Shown here: in pieces, positions 51,858 through 64,000 of the stretch
Layout: each line of letters starts with the position of its first letter
How positions within the stretch are numbered: the first letter of the stretch is position 1
Assembly (NCBI RefSeq): GCF_006345805.1
Contig: NC_043024.1
Location: forward strand, 19,716,001-19,780,000
DNA from: Octopus sinensis
Taxonomy: Eukaryota
Reading direction: 5' to 3'
Length of the DNA: 64,000 nucleotides
Made by a program: the position numbers and the translations under genes
Notes under the pieces: generated by a model
What the model saw: the letters and a program-made list of their open reading frames with translations, nothing else
Told to the model about the DNA's origin: nothing
The model's database searches: none

Positions 51858-53340
51858 AAAGCATTATCTTGTAGCTTCAAGATTTCAAATTTACAATTGT
51901 AGAGTGATATTGTAGGATAGGTGTGAGAGGCAGGATCTGGCTGGCTTGAACATAAAACAGGAAGAACGTTAGGACCAGGGTTGAATGTCTTGAGGCAAAG
52001 ATACTCCTTGAGGCAACAATATTGGGCCTTTGACATAGAGATTTTTCAACAGGACATTAAGAATTAATATTTTGGTTTCATTAACATGCTAATACCTCTG
52101 AGATATGTTAAAAATTTTAATTTTTCATACCAACCCACCCATGACTACTCCATTCTATAATATAACTTTCATGTTTTAAAATGGTCTAAATTAAAACCTT
52201 CCATTAAAATTTTGTGTTTTGTTCCAGACATCATCTTATTAACAACAAAGTTGTTTAATTAAATTCTTTATTATTTTCTAAATTGATTAGAACAAAGGTA
52301 ACATTACTTCAACAGAAATATGGCCACAAAATAGTTCACCTTTTTGATTCCAACCCACCTGAGATTCTCCTTGGTTCTATGATACAAACTACCTGGTTTA
52401 AAGTAATCTAATTCATTGCCCTCCTTCGAAATTTCACGTTAATTTATCTTCTACTTTACCAAATTCTTCACCATTTAAAAAAATTAACTGAAATAAAAAC
52501 AGTGTATAACAACAAAAATAGTTACAAATTGGTTAAATATTGTATAACTCTATCAGTCTGTGTGTTCTTTAACTCACCCAGGAATCCCTTGTTTTTGTGA
52601 TAAAAAAAACTTCCTGTTTTAAATTGATTCAAATTAAAACTTGCCATCAAACTCCCGTGGTAATTTCAGTTCTAAGCACCAGCTGAAGAACGGCAATTTT
52701 ATTTTACTATCAAGTCATCGTAATATTTGAAATTATCTAAAATAAAAGTTTAGGTTGATAGAAATATAATAAGAAAAATGTAAATATTACATAACTTGTC
52801 TTGTTTATGTGTTCTGTAACTCACCTAAGTTGAACTGCGAAGTAGTGAGGGAATACTGTAACCCCTTTTCCAGCTATGAAGCTCCTCCCATTAATGAAAC
52901 CCCTTGAAGCAATGATAGTCCTTCAGAAAAAACTCTTTCTGATAATGATACTCCTTCTTATAAGGGCAGTGAGCTGGCAGAATCATCGGGCGAAATGCTT
53001 AGCGATATTTTGTCTGCTTGGTTCTAAGATACAAAATTCTCATTTTAAACTGATCTAAATTTAACTTTCCATCAAAATTTCTCTTTGATTTATGCTCCAG
53101 AAACTAGCTTTGACAATGAAAAAGATATTTTACGAAAACTATTTGTTACTTTTGAAAATATCTCAAGTTAAAGCAGTTTGTATCAACAAAAATGAATTTT
53201 ACAAAAGAGTTATTAAATATTGTATGACCCTATCAATCTATATGTTCTGCCCTTGGTCCTGTAATACACACGTCCTATTTTAAAGTGACCTAAATTAAAA
53301 TGTTAATTTATGTTCCAAATACCAGATTAAAAAAAAAAAA

Positions 53341-53932
53341 TAATAATAATGAGATTATTGTATACAGTGCTCAGGTGCACCACAACTTGTCAAAAGTGCG
53401 TATAAAGCATATGCAGTAATGTACAAATGTCTGGGAAGTGAACAGTGTACGAGTCAGATACATGCTTGCGTGTGTATGGAGGGGAGAAAATCAAGTGTAG
53501 TGTTGGCGAATCTCAGGAAGCATGGAAGTTTTGAAGGATGCAGTGCTCCGACAACCAACAACTGATGACGGCAGTTTGTTCCATGCTTCAGCAACTCTTA
53601 GCATGAAAAAATGTTTCCGAAAGTCATGGGAGCTGTACTGTTTTCTGACTTTGTAAATATGCCCACGGGTGTTAGATGGGTGGAGTTTGAAAAGGTACTC
53701 AGAGTTATTGTTTGTAAGATGGTTAATAATTCTATGGGTGTCTGCCAAGTCAGCTGCCAGACGTTGGTGTTTCAATGTATCCATGCCCAGGGAAGTAAAG
53801 AATTCAGAATATCGCAAATACCTGATGGAGGGTATTCATTTGGTTGCACGTTGCTGAACGGCTTCCAGACGATTGATATCCTGGGCAAGATAGGGGTTCC
53901 AGACCGGTGATGCAAATTCCAGGTGAGGTCTT
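53341..53932 (-). mobile_element. CR1-like LINE 3-prime end
   Basis: ORF 53491-53817 L.MDTL..QRLAADL..TRGH.YKV.K..RKHFF.LRV.EAWNKLP..VV..FK. (ATT)n tail. Confidence 0.88.
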
Positions 53933-54771
53933 ACCATAGTTATATTAATAATGATGTGATTGTTTTACTAAATTCTTCGTTATTTTTTTAATTAATTGAA
54001 ACTGAAATAAGGTAACATAAATTCTAACCATTTGATACCAGCCCACTTGAGATTACTCTTGGGTCTGTGATACAAGTTTCCCATTTTAAAGCGATCTAAT
54101 TAAAACTTGCCATTAAAATTTCTTGTTAATTTGTTTGGAACACCAGCTGAATAATGATAAAGTTATTTCACTAAATTCTTTATTATATTTGAAATTATCT
54201 AAAATAAAAAAGTTTAGGTTGATAGAAATGTAGTTAGAAAAGGGTTAAATATGACATAACTCCCTCTGTCTTGTGTTCTGTAACTCACCTAAGGACCCCT
54301 TGGTTCTAAGATGCAAACTTCTCATTTTAAACTGATTTAAATTAAAATTTCATTTAATTTTTGTTCCAAGCATTAGCTTAATAACAACACAAATATTTTA
54401 TGAAATTCTTCATTATTTTAAAAATTAATTAAAACTGTGACAATGTATTTCAACAGAAATAAGGTAACACAAATTTTAACCATTTTGATCCCAGCCCACT
54501 TGAGACTTGGTTCTGTGATACAAGTTTCCTGTTTTAAAGGGATCAAAATGCACTTTTGACAAGTTGTGGAGCACCTGAGCACTGTATACAATAATTTCAT
54601 TATTATATTATTATTTTAAAAACTTCCTTGAAATTTTCCTGTTAACTTAGGTTCCAAAAACCAATTTACAAATGACAAATTTCTTTTACTAAATTCTTTA
54701 TTTTCAAATTCAGAAATACTAAATTTCTAAATCTCTCGGTGGTGGGGCGATAGAATGGTTGGTATACTGTC

Positions 54772-54991
54772 AATCTAAAACGAACGTGACAGTAGGGGGG
54801 TACACCACCGCTGTTTAGCCCTAGGAAGCATCGACGCCTCTTGATGGCTTTGACAACATTTTTCCTGTGTATAAATGTATATAAGGACACAGGAAAAATG
54901 TGTCAAAGCGATCGGGAGGCGTCGATGCTTCCTAGGGCTAAACAGCGGTGGTGTACCCCCCTCCACCCTACTGTCACGTTCGTGTTAGATT
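54772..54991. repeat. Palindrome (arms about 100 bp) made of the repeat found in the 37.2-37.7 kb element
   Basis: Arms 54772-870 and 54887-991 share gatgcttcctagggctaaa(c/t)agcggtggtgt and aaggacacaggaaa with 37553-37620. Confidence 0.85.
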
Positions 54992-55313
54992 TTATTTTCA
55001 AAATTAAATGAAAAACATTTCATTGTATTTCAACAGAAATATGCTAACAAAAAGTTAACCCTTTTGATAATGTCCTACCTGAAACTGTCCCATTGGTTCT
55101 GTGATACAAACTTCTTGTTTTAAACTGATCCAAATTAAAACTTCTTTCAAAATTTCATGATAATTTATGTTCCAGACTCCAGTTTAATAAAACGGCAAAG
55201 TTATTTTCGAAATTCTTTATTAATTTGAAAATTAATTGCAGCAAATGCAGCATATTTTAATAACAGATATTGTCACAAAAAAAGGGTTGATGTTTGAATT
55301 TCTTCGTTTCAAG

Positions 55314-55443
55314 GCCAACCTAAAGCACCAACTTTGACCAAACTCTATGCGACTTCATCGACTTCCATTATGTTGGAATGGCAACCTGCTGAACAAGAAC
55401 CGTTTACCAATGTTACTGGATACATTATCAGTTACAAACCGGA
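55314..55443 (+). CDS. Exon E: first half of FN3 domain, (G)QPKAPTLTKLYATSSTSIMLEWQPAEQEPFTNVTGYIISYKP
   Basis: Acceptor tcttcgtttcaAG at 55312-13, donor GTaagt at 55444. P-x-x-P, S-I-x-L-x-W-x-P and G-Y-x-I-x-Y FN3 motifs. Phase 1 start, phase 2 end. Confidence 0.9.
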
Positions 55444-56339
55444 GTAAGTAAACTGTGTTGTTGTTGTTGTTGTTGTTGTTGCTGCTGGTAGTGGTGGTGG
55501 TGGTGGTGGTAGTGGTAGTAGTGTTGGTGGTGGTAGTGGTGGTGGTAGTGGTAGTGTTGGTGGTGGTGGTGGTGGTGGTGGTAGTGGTAGTGGTGTTGGT
55601 GGTGGTAGTGGTGGTGGTAGTGGTAGTGTTGGTGGTGGTGGTGCTGGTAGTGGTGGTAGTGGTGGTGGTAGTAGTGGTGGTAGTGGTGGTGGTGGTAGTG
55701 GTGGTGTCAGCAGTTACCACTAAATGACCCCCTACTAAGGAAACTTTCCCTGAGCATCGTATCTTTGCAGAACCATTACCACACTGGGCAAACTGCTCAG
55801 CAGCATTTCACTTTCATCCATGTTTACATTCTGAGTTCAAATTCTGCCAGGGTCAAACCTTGCCTTTCATCCTTTCAAAGAGAACTGGGGGTCAATGTAA
55901 TCAGCTTAACCCCTTCACTACAACTGCCAGCCTTGTGCCAAAATTTGAAACCATTATTGAAGCAAAGCTCAGGTTCGGTCTTATTCCTGGTAGGATTTAT
56001 GTGGGTAGCAGGTTACTACCTGTACCCTTAGGTATCCACAAGCATTCAGCAATCTTTCAAGTGCTCAGGACCCTCCTGATAATCTTTGCTGTCCCTAAGA
56101 GACAAACTTTCTGTAGAAGCTCTACTGGGCATTCTATTTCAGTCTCCTTCAGCTGTTTGTCTATGTCGTGGCTTATTGTTCCCAACGCATCAATTATTAT
56201 AGACATGACCTTCACTGTTCACATGATCCAAATTCTTCCTATTTCAAATTTTAAGGGATTGTATTTTCTTTGTTTTTCTTCCTCTTTCTTTACGATCCTT
56301 AAATCAAACAGGGCTTGATGGGTCAATAAGTAAGCATCT

Positions 56340-56586
56340 TCACTTTTCTTTATCTATGATTGTTGTTATTATTATTATTATTATTATTATCATTAATATT
56401 ATTATTATTATTATCATCATCATCATCATTATCATTATTATTATGATTATTGTTATTATTATTATTGTTGTTGTTGTTATTATTATCATTATCATTATTA
56501 TTATTGTGTTATTATTATTGTCATTATTATTATTGTTATTATTATTATTGTTTTTTCTTCTTCTTCTTCTTCTTATTATTATTATT

Positions 56587-56643
<57 letters not shown>

Positions 56644-56651
56644 TATCATCA

Positions 56652-56683
<32 letters not shown>

Positions 56684-57121
56684 TTGATTGAGGAGCGAGC
56701 AGAGCATGCCATCAAAGTGACACTGGGGTAAAATATACGAAGCCCAATATACCCATCATGACTACCCGTCTGATAAGGGTACACCAGGCACATGCATCAC
56801 AACCATATGTGCGTGACATGGTGATCTCATATCAAGATAAACAGCACATGACCTTGCAGGTGGGGCCCAGTTAGAATTTTCTTCAGATCGAGTAACCCAT
56901 CCCACTCAAAAGGTCCTGAATAGGGTTGTTTTAGGACGTTGAACGAAACACCCATGTTTCTAGAGGTGAATTATTCAAACCCCAAAGAATCCTTCTCAAC
57001 ACATGGCTATGATGCTCTCCCACTACTTCTGCTCGTGATCAGAGATGCACATATCGTCAGCCACTAAGGGACATGCTCAACTGGTTGATTATTATTATTA
57101 TTATTATTATTATTATCATCA

Positions 57122-57161
<40 letters not shown>

Positions 57162-57220
57162 TATTATTATTATCATTATTATTATTGTTGTTGTTATAGT
57201 TATTGTTGTTGTTGTTGTCG
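56340..57220. repeat. (ATT)/(CAT)/(GTT) microsatellites enclosing a truncated 560 bp family copy (56689-57086)
   Basis: Direct reading and homology to 30127-30683. Confidence 0.85.
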
Positions 57221-57226
57221 TTGCAG

Positions 57227-57402
57227 AAGCTTATACAAACCCCAGTTCAAAAAGTACATGGACAACATTCCTAGTTCTGTGACTGCTCAGCTAGTAACCG
57301 GGTTGGAGCCTGCCAAGACCTACGTGTTTACGATCACAGCAAGAAATCGAGTTGGAGAGGGCAGTCCGAGTGATATGAAAAGTGCTTCCACCTGGCAGGC
57401 AG
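57227..57402 (+). CDS. Exon F: second half of FN3 domain, (E)SLYKPQFKKYMDNIPSSVTAQLVTGLEPAKTYVFTITARNRVGEGSPSDMKSASTWQA
   Basis: Acceptor gttgcAG at 57225-26, donor GTaata at 57403. Phase 2 start matches exon E. G-L-x-P-x-x-x-Y-x-F-x-I-x-A-x-N-x-x-G-x-G FN3 signature. Confidence 0.93.
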
Positions 57403-57639
57403 GTAATAAAACCAAAGTTGGTGCCAGTCGGTCACCAGGGAAAGCAGAGACAACAGAATGGAATTTGTGTGTCTGTCTGTTTGTCTGTGCGTCTGTCTGT
57501 CTGTCTCTGTGTTTGTCTGTTTTTGTAAGTATTGTCATTCATTATTTAAAATAAATATGTATGCGTGTGTGTGTGTGTGTGTGTCCATATATATAAATAC
57601 ACACACACACACACACATCCATCCACATTTATATGTGTG

Positions 57640-58600
57640 TGTGTATTCACTATGTATGTTTGATAAGTATGTATGTATGTATGTATGTATGTGTGTATGT
57701 ATGTATGTGTATGTATGTATGTATGTGTGTATGTATGTATGTGTATGTATGTATGTATGTATTTATGTATGTATGTATGTATGTATGTAAGTATGTATGT
57801 ATGTATGTATGTCTGTATGTATGTATGTTTGTATGTATGTATGTATGCATGTATGTATGCATGTATGTATGTATGTGTGTATGTATGTATGTGTGTATGT
57901 ATGTATGTATGTATGTATGTATGTATGTAGGCATGTATGTATGCATGTATGTATGTATGTGTGTATGTATGTATGTATGTATGTATTTATGTATGTATGT
58001 GTGTATGTATGTATGTGTGTATGTATGTATGTATGTATGTATGTATGTATTATGTATGTATGTATGTATTTGTGTATGTATGTGTGTATGTATGTATGTA
58101 TGTATGTATGTATGTATGTATATATGTGTGTGTGTATGTATGTATGTATGTATGCATGTATGTATGTGTGTGTGTATGTATGTATGTATGTATTTATGTA
58201 TGTATGTATGTATGTATGTATGTTTGTATGTATGTCTGTATGTATGTTATGCATGTATGTATGTGTGTGTGTATGTATGTATGTGTGTATGTATGTATGT
58301 GTGTATGTATGTATGTGTATGTATGTATGTATGTATTTATGTATGTATGTATGTATGTATGTATGTATGTATGTATGTATGTATTTATGTATGTATGTAT
58401 GTATGTATGTATGTTTGTATGTATGTCTGTATGTATGTATGCATGTATGTATGCATGTATGTATGTATGTGTGTATGTATGTATGTATGTATGTATGTAT
58501 GTATGTATGTATATATGTGTGTGTGTATGTATGTATGTATGTATGTATGTATTTATGTATGTATGTATGTCTGTATGTCTGTATGTATGCATGTATGTGT
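57640..58600. repeat. (TATG)n array of about 1 kb
   Basis: Direct reading. The MYVC ORFs are artefacts. Confidence 0.95.
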
Positions 58601-60267
58601 GTGTGTGTGTGTGTGCGTGCAGGTGGGCGGGTGGCCAGACGGACATGTGTGTATGTATCTATATATTTTTATGGTACTTAAGACACAACATTGCTAAAAA
58701 GAGTACCCTTCATCCGATGGGCCTTCAATACATGCGAAACAGTGTTATGCAAAACGTTAATTAATCAGTTAAGATTATCCATGCAATAAGTAATCGAAAT
58801 ATTCCGCTGGTCGCAGAATCTGAAAATTGGAACATGGAAAAGCATAAAAAAAAGAAAAAAAGAAATAAAGTCAACCAAGGGAAATAACTCTGTATTGCAA
58901 AATTTGAAAACTATATGAGGTAGTAAGAGTTACCTCCCGTAGTGATTCTTAGTAAAGTTTTAGCGCATTTTACGAGATTGTTAAATGCTTTACTAATTTT
59001 AGTCTATGATCGAAATATTTCAAAATCTCTCAGTATATATATTTCAACAGATTATTTTCAAAAAGAAGATGTAGTTTCAGTGTAGTTTTCCATGCTGATG
59101 ACAAAAAGCGCATTCATTTTTTTCTATCTAGAAATCAAAGGAAATAACTCCTATTCCCTTGAAACTTTGTATATTCTCACCTGGACATCAATGTTTTCAA
59201 ACTGACCTATTTTCCATTACATTTCTGACAGCTTCAGTGTGAGTTGCTGAAGCAGAAATATCGTTATAGCAAATTTTCTGCTCAATACCATAGGTTTTCT
59301 TGTTGTCTTTGGTCAGTAAGTGCTATCTCCTATTTGCTTCTAGAAAGCAAAGGAAATCACTACTGTTCCTTTCACATTTTGCTTTTCTGACCTGGATATC
59401 AATGTTTTCAAACTCACCTATTTTCCATTACATTTCACACAGATCCAGCACTGAGTTGCTGATGCAGAAATATTGTTAGAGCAAATATTCTACTCAATAC
59501 AACAGATTTGTTTGTCAGTTGCTTGACCTTAATCTCTTGAACATGTCCCTTGTTGGCTGACAATATGTGCATCTCTGATGATGAACAGGAGCAGTCAGGG
59601 AGTATCACAGCCATGTGTTGAAAGGGATTCTTTAGGGCTTGAATTAATGGAAGAAAAGCAAATTTTGAAGGAAATGTTAACCATTTTTCATATTTTCTAA
59701 CGGTAAGCAATTAGGAACTATCAGTTGCTACCCAAGGACAAAAATATCGTTATAGCAAATATTCTGCTCCATGCCACGGATTTGTTTGTCAGTTGCTTGA
59801 CCTTAACCACTTGAGCATGTCCCTTAATGGCTGACAATATGTTCATTTCTGATGATGAGTAGTGGAGGAGCATCACAGTCATGCTCGCAAAACTAATGTG
59901 CAGGTGGCTGGACACTTCACAGACACAATGCATACCCTTAATGTAGATCTCAGGGAGATTCAGCGTGACACAGAATGTGACAAGGTTGGCCCATTGAATT
60001 ACAGGTACTATTCATCTTTGCCAGCTGAGTGGACTCTCTTTACTCTTTTACTTGTTTCAGTCATTTGACTGTGGCCATGCTGGAGCACCGCCTTTAGTCG
60101 ATCAAATCGACCCTGGGACTTATTCTTTGTAAGCCTAGTACTTATTCTATCGGTCTCTTTTGCCGAACCGCTAGGTGACGGGGACGTAAACACACCAGCA
60201 TCGGTTGTCAAGCAATGCTAGGGGCACAAACACAGACACACAAACATACACATACATATATATATAC

Positions 60268-60307
<40 letters not shown>

Positions 60308-61139
60308 ATACATATATATATATATATGTATACGACAGGCTTCTTTCAGTTTCCGTCTACCAAATCCACTCACAAGGCTTTGTTCGGCCCGAGGCTATAG
60401 TAGAAGACAGTGGAACTGAACCCGGAACCATGTGGTTGGTAAGCAAGCTACTGACTACACAGCCACTCCTGCGCTGGAGAAACATGATATAGAGTATCTT
60501 GGTCAAGGAGACAACGGACCACACGGAAACCAAAATCAGGACCTTACAAAATAACAATTGCTACCCAAGGACAAAAATCCTATTATACAGAGTAATATTT
60601 AAGGGAAAGTAGAATGAAAACATAGGTTAGAGAAGGATCTATGAGAAGGGCTACAGAATCTGGGTCACCAGATGATGATACATGGGCGAGTCTTGTGATC
60701 TCAGTGCTTCTTTCAGTTTCTATCTACCAAATCCACTCACAAGGCTTTGGTCAGTCTGAGGCTATAGTAGAAGAGACTAGCATGTGAGCTTAATCATGGT
60801 CATCATGATCAGCTGCTGGACATTATCATCCTGCCTTCTAGGACTTATCTGCCAGTTATCCAGTTTCCATGGTGTATGAGTAAATGAGATGACAACATTC
60901 AGCCAAAACAGGACTCCAGCCTCTCGCAGGGTCATTCATGTACAACTGATACAGCTGGAACAATGTAAAATAAGGGGTCCATGTCTTTATCAGAAACACA
61001 ACATATACCCAATTCTAGAATTCAAGACCTTGATCCTTTGATTATCAATTCAATCCTTTAACCTCTAAGGCCCATGCATTTCATATGAGACCAGCCAATT
61101 CAGAAAAGCAGAGTCCATCGTAGTAATGGTATAAAATCA

Positions 61140-61723
61140 GGCGGCAAGCTGGCAGAATTGTTAGCATGCCAGGCGAAATGCTTAGCGGTATTTCGTCTGC
61201 CGTTACGTTCTGAGTTCAAATTCCACCGAGGTCGACTTTGCCTTTCATCTTTTCGGGGTCAATAAATTAAGTACCAGTTACGCACTGGTTTCGATGTAAT
61301 AGACTTAATCCGTTTGTCTGTCCTTGTTTGTCCCCTCTGTGTTTAGCCCCATGTGGGTAGTAAAGAAATAGGTATTTCATCTGCCGTTACGTTCTGAGTT
61401 CAAATTCTGCCAAGGTCAACTTTGCCTTTCATCCTTTCAGGATCAATAAATTAAGTACCAGTTACGCACTGGGGTCGATGTAATAGACTTAATCCCTTTG
61501 TCTCCTCTGTGTTTAGCCCCTTGTGAGTATTAAATAAATAGGTATTTCGTCTGTCGCTAAGTTCTGAGTTCAAATTCCGCCGAGGTCGACTTTGCCTTTC
61601 ATCCTTTCGGGGTCAATAAATTAAGTACCAGTTACGCACTGGGGTCGATATAATCGACTTAATTCGTTTGCCTGTCCTTGTTTGTCTCCTTTGTGTTTAG
61701 CCCTTGTGGATAGTAAAGAAATA
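61140..61723 (+). mobile_element. SINE family A trimer with 13 bp target-site duplication
   Basis: One head and three bodies. ggtataaaatcag at 61128-40 and 61724-36. Confidence 0.88.
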
Positions 61724-61836
61724 GGTATAAAATCAGAGTGAGGGATCACATCTATGAACCCAGATCATTAATTCATTTAGATATGTTTTATTTTTTATAT
61801 TTTATATTTCTTATTTAACTTTTTATTCCATTGCAG

Positions 61837-61974
61837 CTCCTTCAGAGCCAATCAGGCTTCAGGTTGTCCAAACATCACCTGTTAGTATCTACCTGTCCTG
61901 GTGGAGGCCAAAATATCTCCATGGTAACCTAAAGAAGTACCAGCTGTACAGAGATTCACTTAACTGGACAAAAG
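61837..61974 (+). CDS. Exon G: first half of next FN3 domain, (A)PSEPIRLQVVQTSPVSIYLSWWRPKYLHGNLKKYQLYRDSLNWTK
   Basis: Acceptor ttattccattgcAG at 61835-36, donor GTgggt at 61975 (less certain). Phase 1 start. A-P-S-x-P, S-I-x-L-S-W-x-x-P and G-x-L-x-x-Y-x-L motifs. Confidence 0.85.
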
Positions 61975-63253
61975 GTGGGTTGACGACCCCTATTTTTCTC
62001 TTTTCCTTTTTTTCATCCTCTGAATAATCCCAGATCAGAAACTGTTTAAGGCTCCAGTTCAGCTAAATCTACCTACCTACCTACCTACCCACCTACCTAC
62101 CTACCTACCTACCTACCTACCTACCTACCCACCTACCTATCTATCTATCTCTCTTTTACTCTTTTACTTGCTTCAGTCATTTGACTGTGGCCATGCTGGA
62201 GCACAGCCTTTAGTTGACCAAATCGACCCCAGGACTAATTCTTTGTAAGCCCAGTACTTGTTCTATCAGTCACTTTTGCTGAGCTGCTAAGTTACGGGGA
62301 CGTAAACACACCAACATCGGTTGTCAAGCAATGTTGGGGAGACAAACACAGACACACAGACTTATACACACGCATACATACATATATATATATATACATA
62401 TATACGATGGGCTTCTTTCAGTTTCCATCTACCAAATCCACTCACAAGGCTTTGGTCGGCCCGAGGCTATAGTAGAAGACACTTGCTCAAGGTGCCACAC
62501 AGTGGAACTGAATCTGGGACCATGTGGTTCATAAGCAAGCTACTTAAAACACAGCCACTCCTACGCCTATCTATCTATCTATCTATCATTAATCAATTAA
62601 TCAATCAATCAATTAATCAAGAAGGGCATCCAGCCATAGAAACCCTGCCAAAGCAGACAGGAGCCTAGTGCAACCTTCCAGCTTGTCAGCTCCTATTAAA
62701 ATGTCCAACCCATACCAGCAGGGGAAAACGGATGTTAAATACTGATGATGATGAGAAATCTTTGTGTGGTAAGTAGCTTGCTTACCAACCACATGGTTCC
62801 GGATTCAGTCCTACTGCTTGGCACATTGGGCAAGTGTCTTCTACTTTAGCCTCGGGCTGACCAATGCCTTGTGAGTGGATTTGGTAGATGGAAACTGAAA
62901 GAAGCCTGTCGTATATATGTATATATATGTGTATGTGTGTTTGTGTGTCTGTGTTTGTCCCCACAACATCGCTTGATAACTGATGCTGGTGCGTTTACGT
63001 CCCCGTCACTTAGCGGTGTGGCAAAAGAGACCGATAGAATAAGTACTGGGCTTACAAAGAATAAGTCCTGGGGTCGAGTTGCTTGACTAAAGGCGGTGCT
63101 CCAGCATGGCCGCAGTCAAGTGACTGAAACGAGTAAATGAGTAAAGAGAGTAAGCAAACGTGTTACATACGATAAATTGTGAGGATCTGATCAGTGACTT
63201 TACAATTAAAAACTGTTGGAGAAAACTTTTCAAATATAAATAAAGTGGAAGTA

Positions 63254-63620
63254 TCTCTATATATATAAAACTGAGAATGTGTGTCTGTCTGTGTGTTTCC
63301 CTAAAACTTGAGAACTACACAACCAATTTCATTCAAATTTTACGCATGCCTTACTTTTTGCCTAGGGCGAGCCCACAGCAATATCATATCTTCTCCACTA
63401 CGATTCCCTAAAACTTGAGAACTATGCAATCAATTCCATTCAAATTTTAAACATGCCTTACTTAGGATCCATGTAGTTTCATGGGCAAAAAAAATGTTCA
63501 ACTTCTTGCCTAAAGCGAGCCCATAGCAATATCATATCTTCTCCACTATTTCAGTATTACATGTTAAAAGTGAAACAAAAACATTTCTCTATTTTATGTC
63601 AGATGCTTTCACTTTAACAA
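63254..63620 (+). mobile_element. Possible non-autonomous Helitron/Helentron-like 5-prime end with internal duplications
   Basis: Starts TCTCTATATATATAAAACTGAGAATGTGTGTCTGTCTG. Repeated blocks at 63299/63405 and 63358/63507. Confidence 0.4.
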
Positions 63621-64000
63621 TAAAAATTAGAGATAATAATAAGAATTGAATTATACGTAGTAAGTAATAATTAAAATCAAACTAAAGTATAATATAATCG
63701 TAACATAACAAAAGTAAAAATAGCAATTGGTATAAAATTGCATCAATGACTTGAACTTGAATAAGTGGTTTCACATGAATGGGAATAGATTAAATTAAAT
63801 CAACTGCGTACTGCTTTTTGATTCACCGTAAGGTTTGTTGTTATTATTATTACTGTTTAACTATTGTTATCACGTTTGTTGGTTCCTCGTAAGGGAAACG
63901 TTGTTGTGTTGCATTTGTTAAATAATTATAAACTGTAACCCTCCCCCTCATAATTATTTCCAGGTAACATTTTAATATTCCCTATATTAAATATAGTAAT

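Larger units (their letters stand above)
52100..55280. repeat. Cluster of about 9-10 decayed, same-orientation copies related to the piggyBac-type MITE
   Basis: Recurrent aaattaaaac..ccat.aaaattt..gttcca....cagc..aata..aaattctt.att..caacagaaatat blocks resemble the reverse complement of 26928-27148. Confidence 0.6.

Noticed and set aside
57633-58764. MYVC-repeat ORFs up to 354 aa
   Set aside because: They are translations of (TATG)n.
19437-61974. Dscam-style mutually exclusive exon clusters
   Set aside because: I found only one candidate for each exon and no duplicated variants in the introns.

Overview
AT-rich, microsatellite- and SINE-dense animal genomic DNA; the repeat landscape resembles an Octopus-type cephalopod genome (inference, no search run). 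Almost all long ORFs in the supplied track are translations of simple repeats or decayed transposons. The real coding content is seven short + strand exons (19437-19552, 24423-24576, 31844-32050, 47433-47501, 55314-55443, 57227-57402, 61837-61974). They have canonical AG/GT ends and matching phases and splice to 990 nt of open frame encoding Ig-Ig-FN3-partial FN3, an internal part of a cell-surface Ig/fibronectin-III protein that extends beyond the window. Introns contain tRNA-headed SINEs (including a 16 x 189 bp SINE-derived array), RTE and CR1-like LINE ends, mariner and Tigger/pogo relics, piggyBac-type MITEs, foldbacks and an (ATT)n-embedded element. The most notable observation is eight type I minimal hammerhead ribozyme motifs at six loci, all on the gene's sense strand. 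Two lie in 351 and 360 nt units bracketed by terminal direct repeats (retrozyme or Penelope pseudo-LTR architecture), and one carries a compensated U3-A8 core. All coordinates and pairings were read by eye, and no ribozyme activity is shown.
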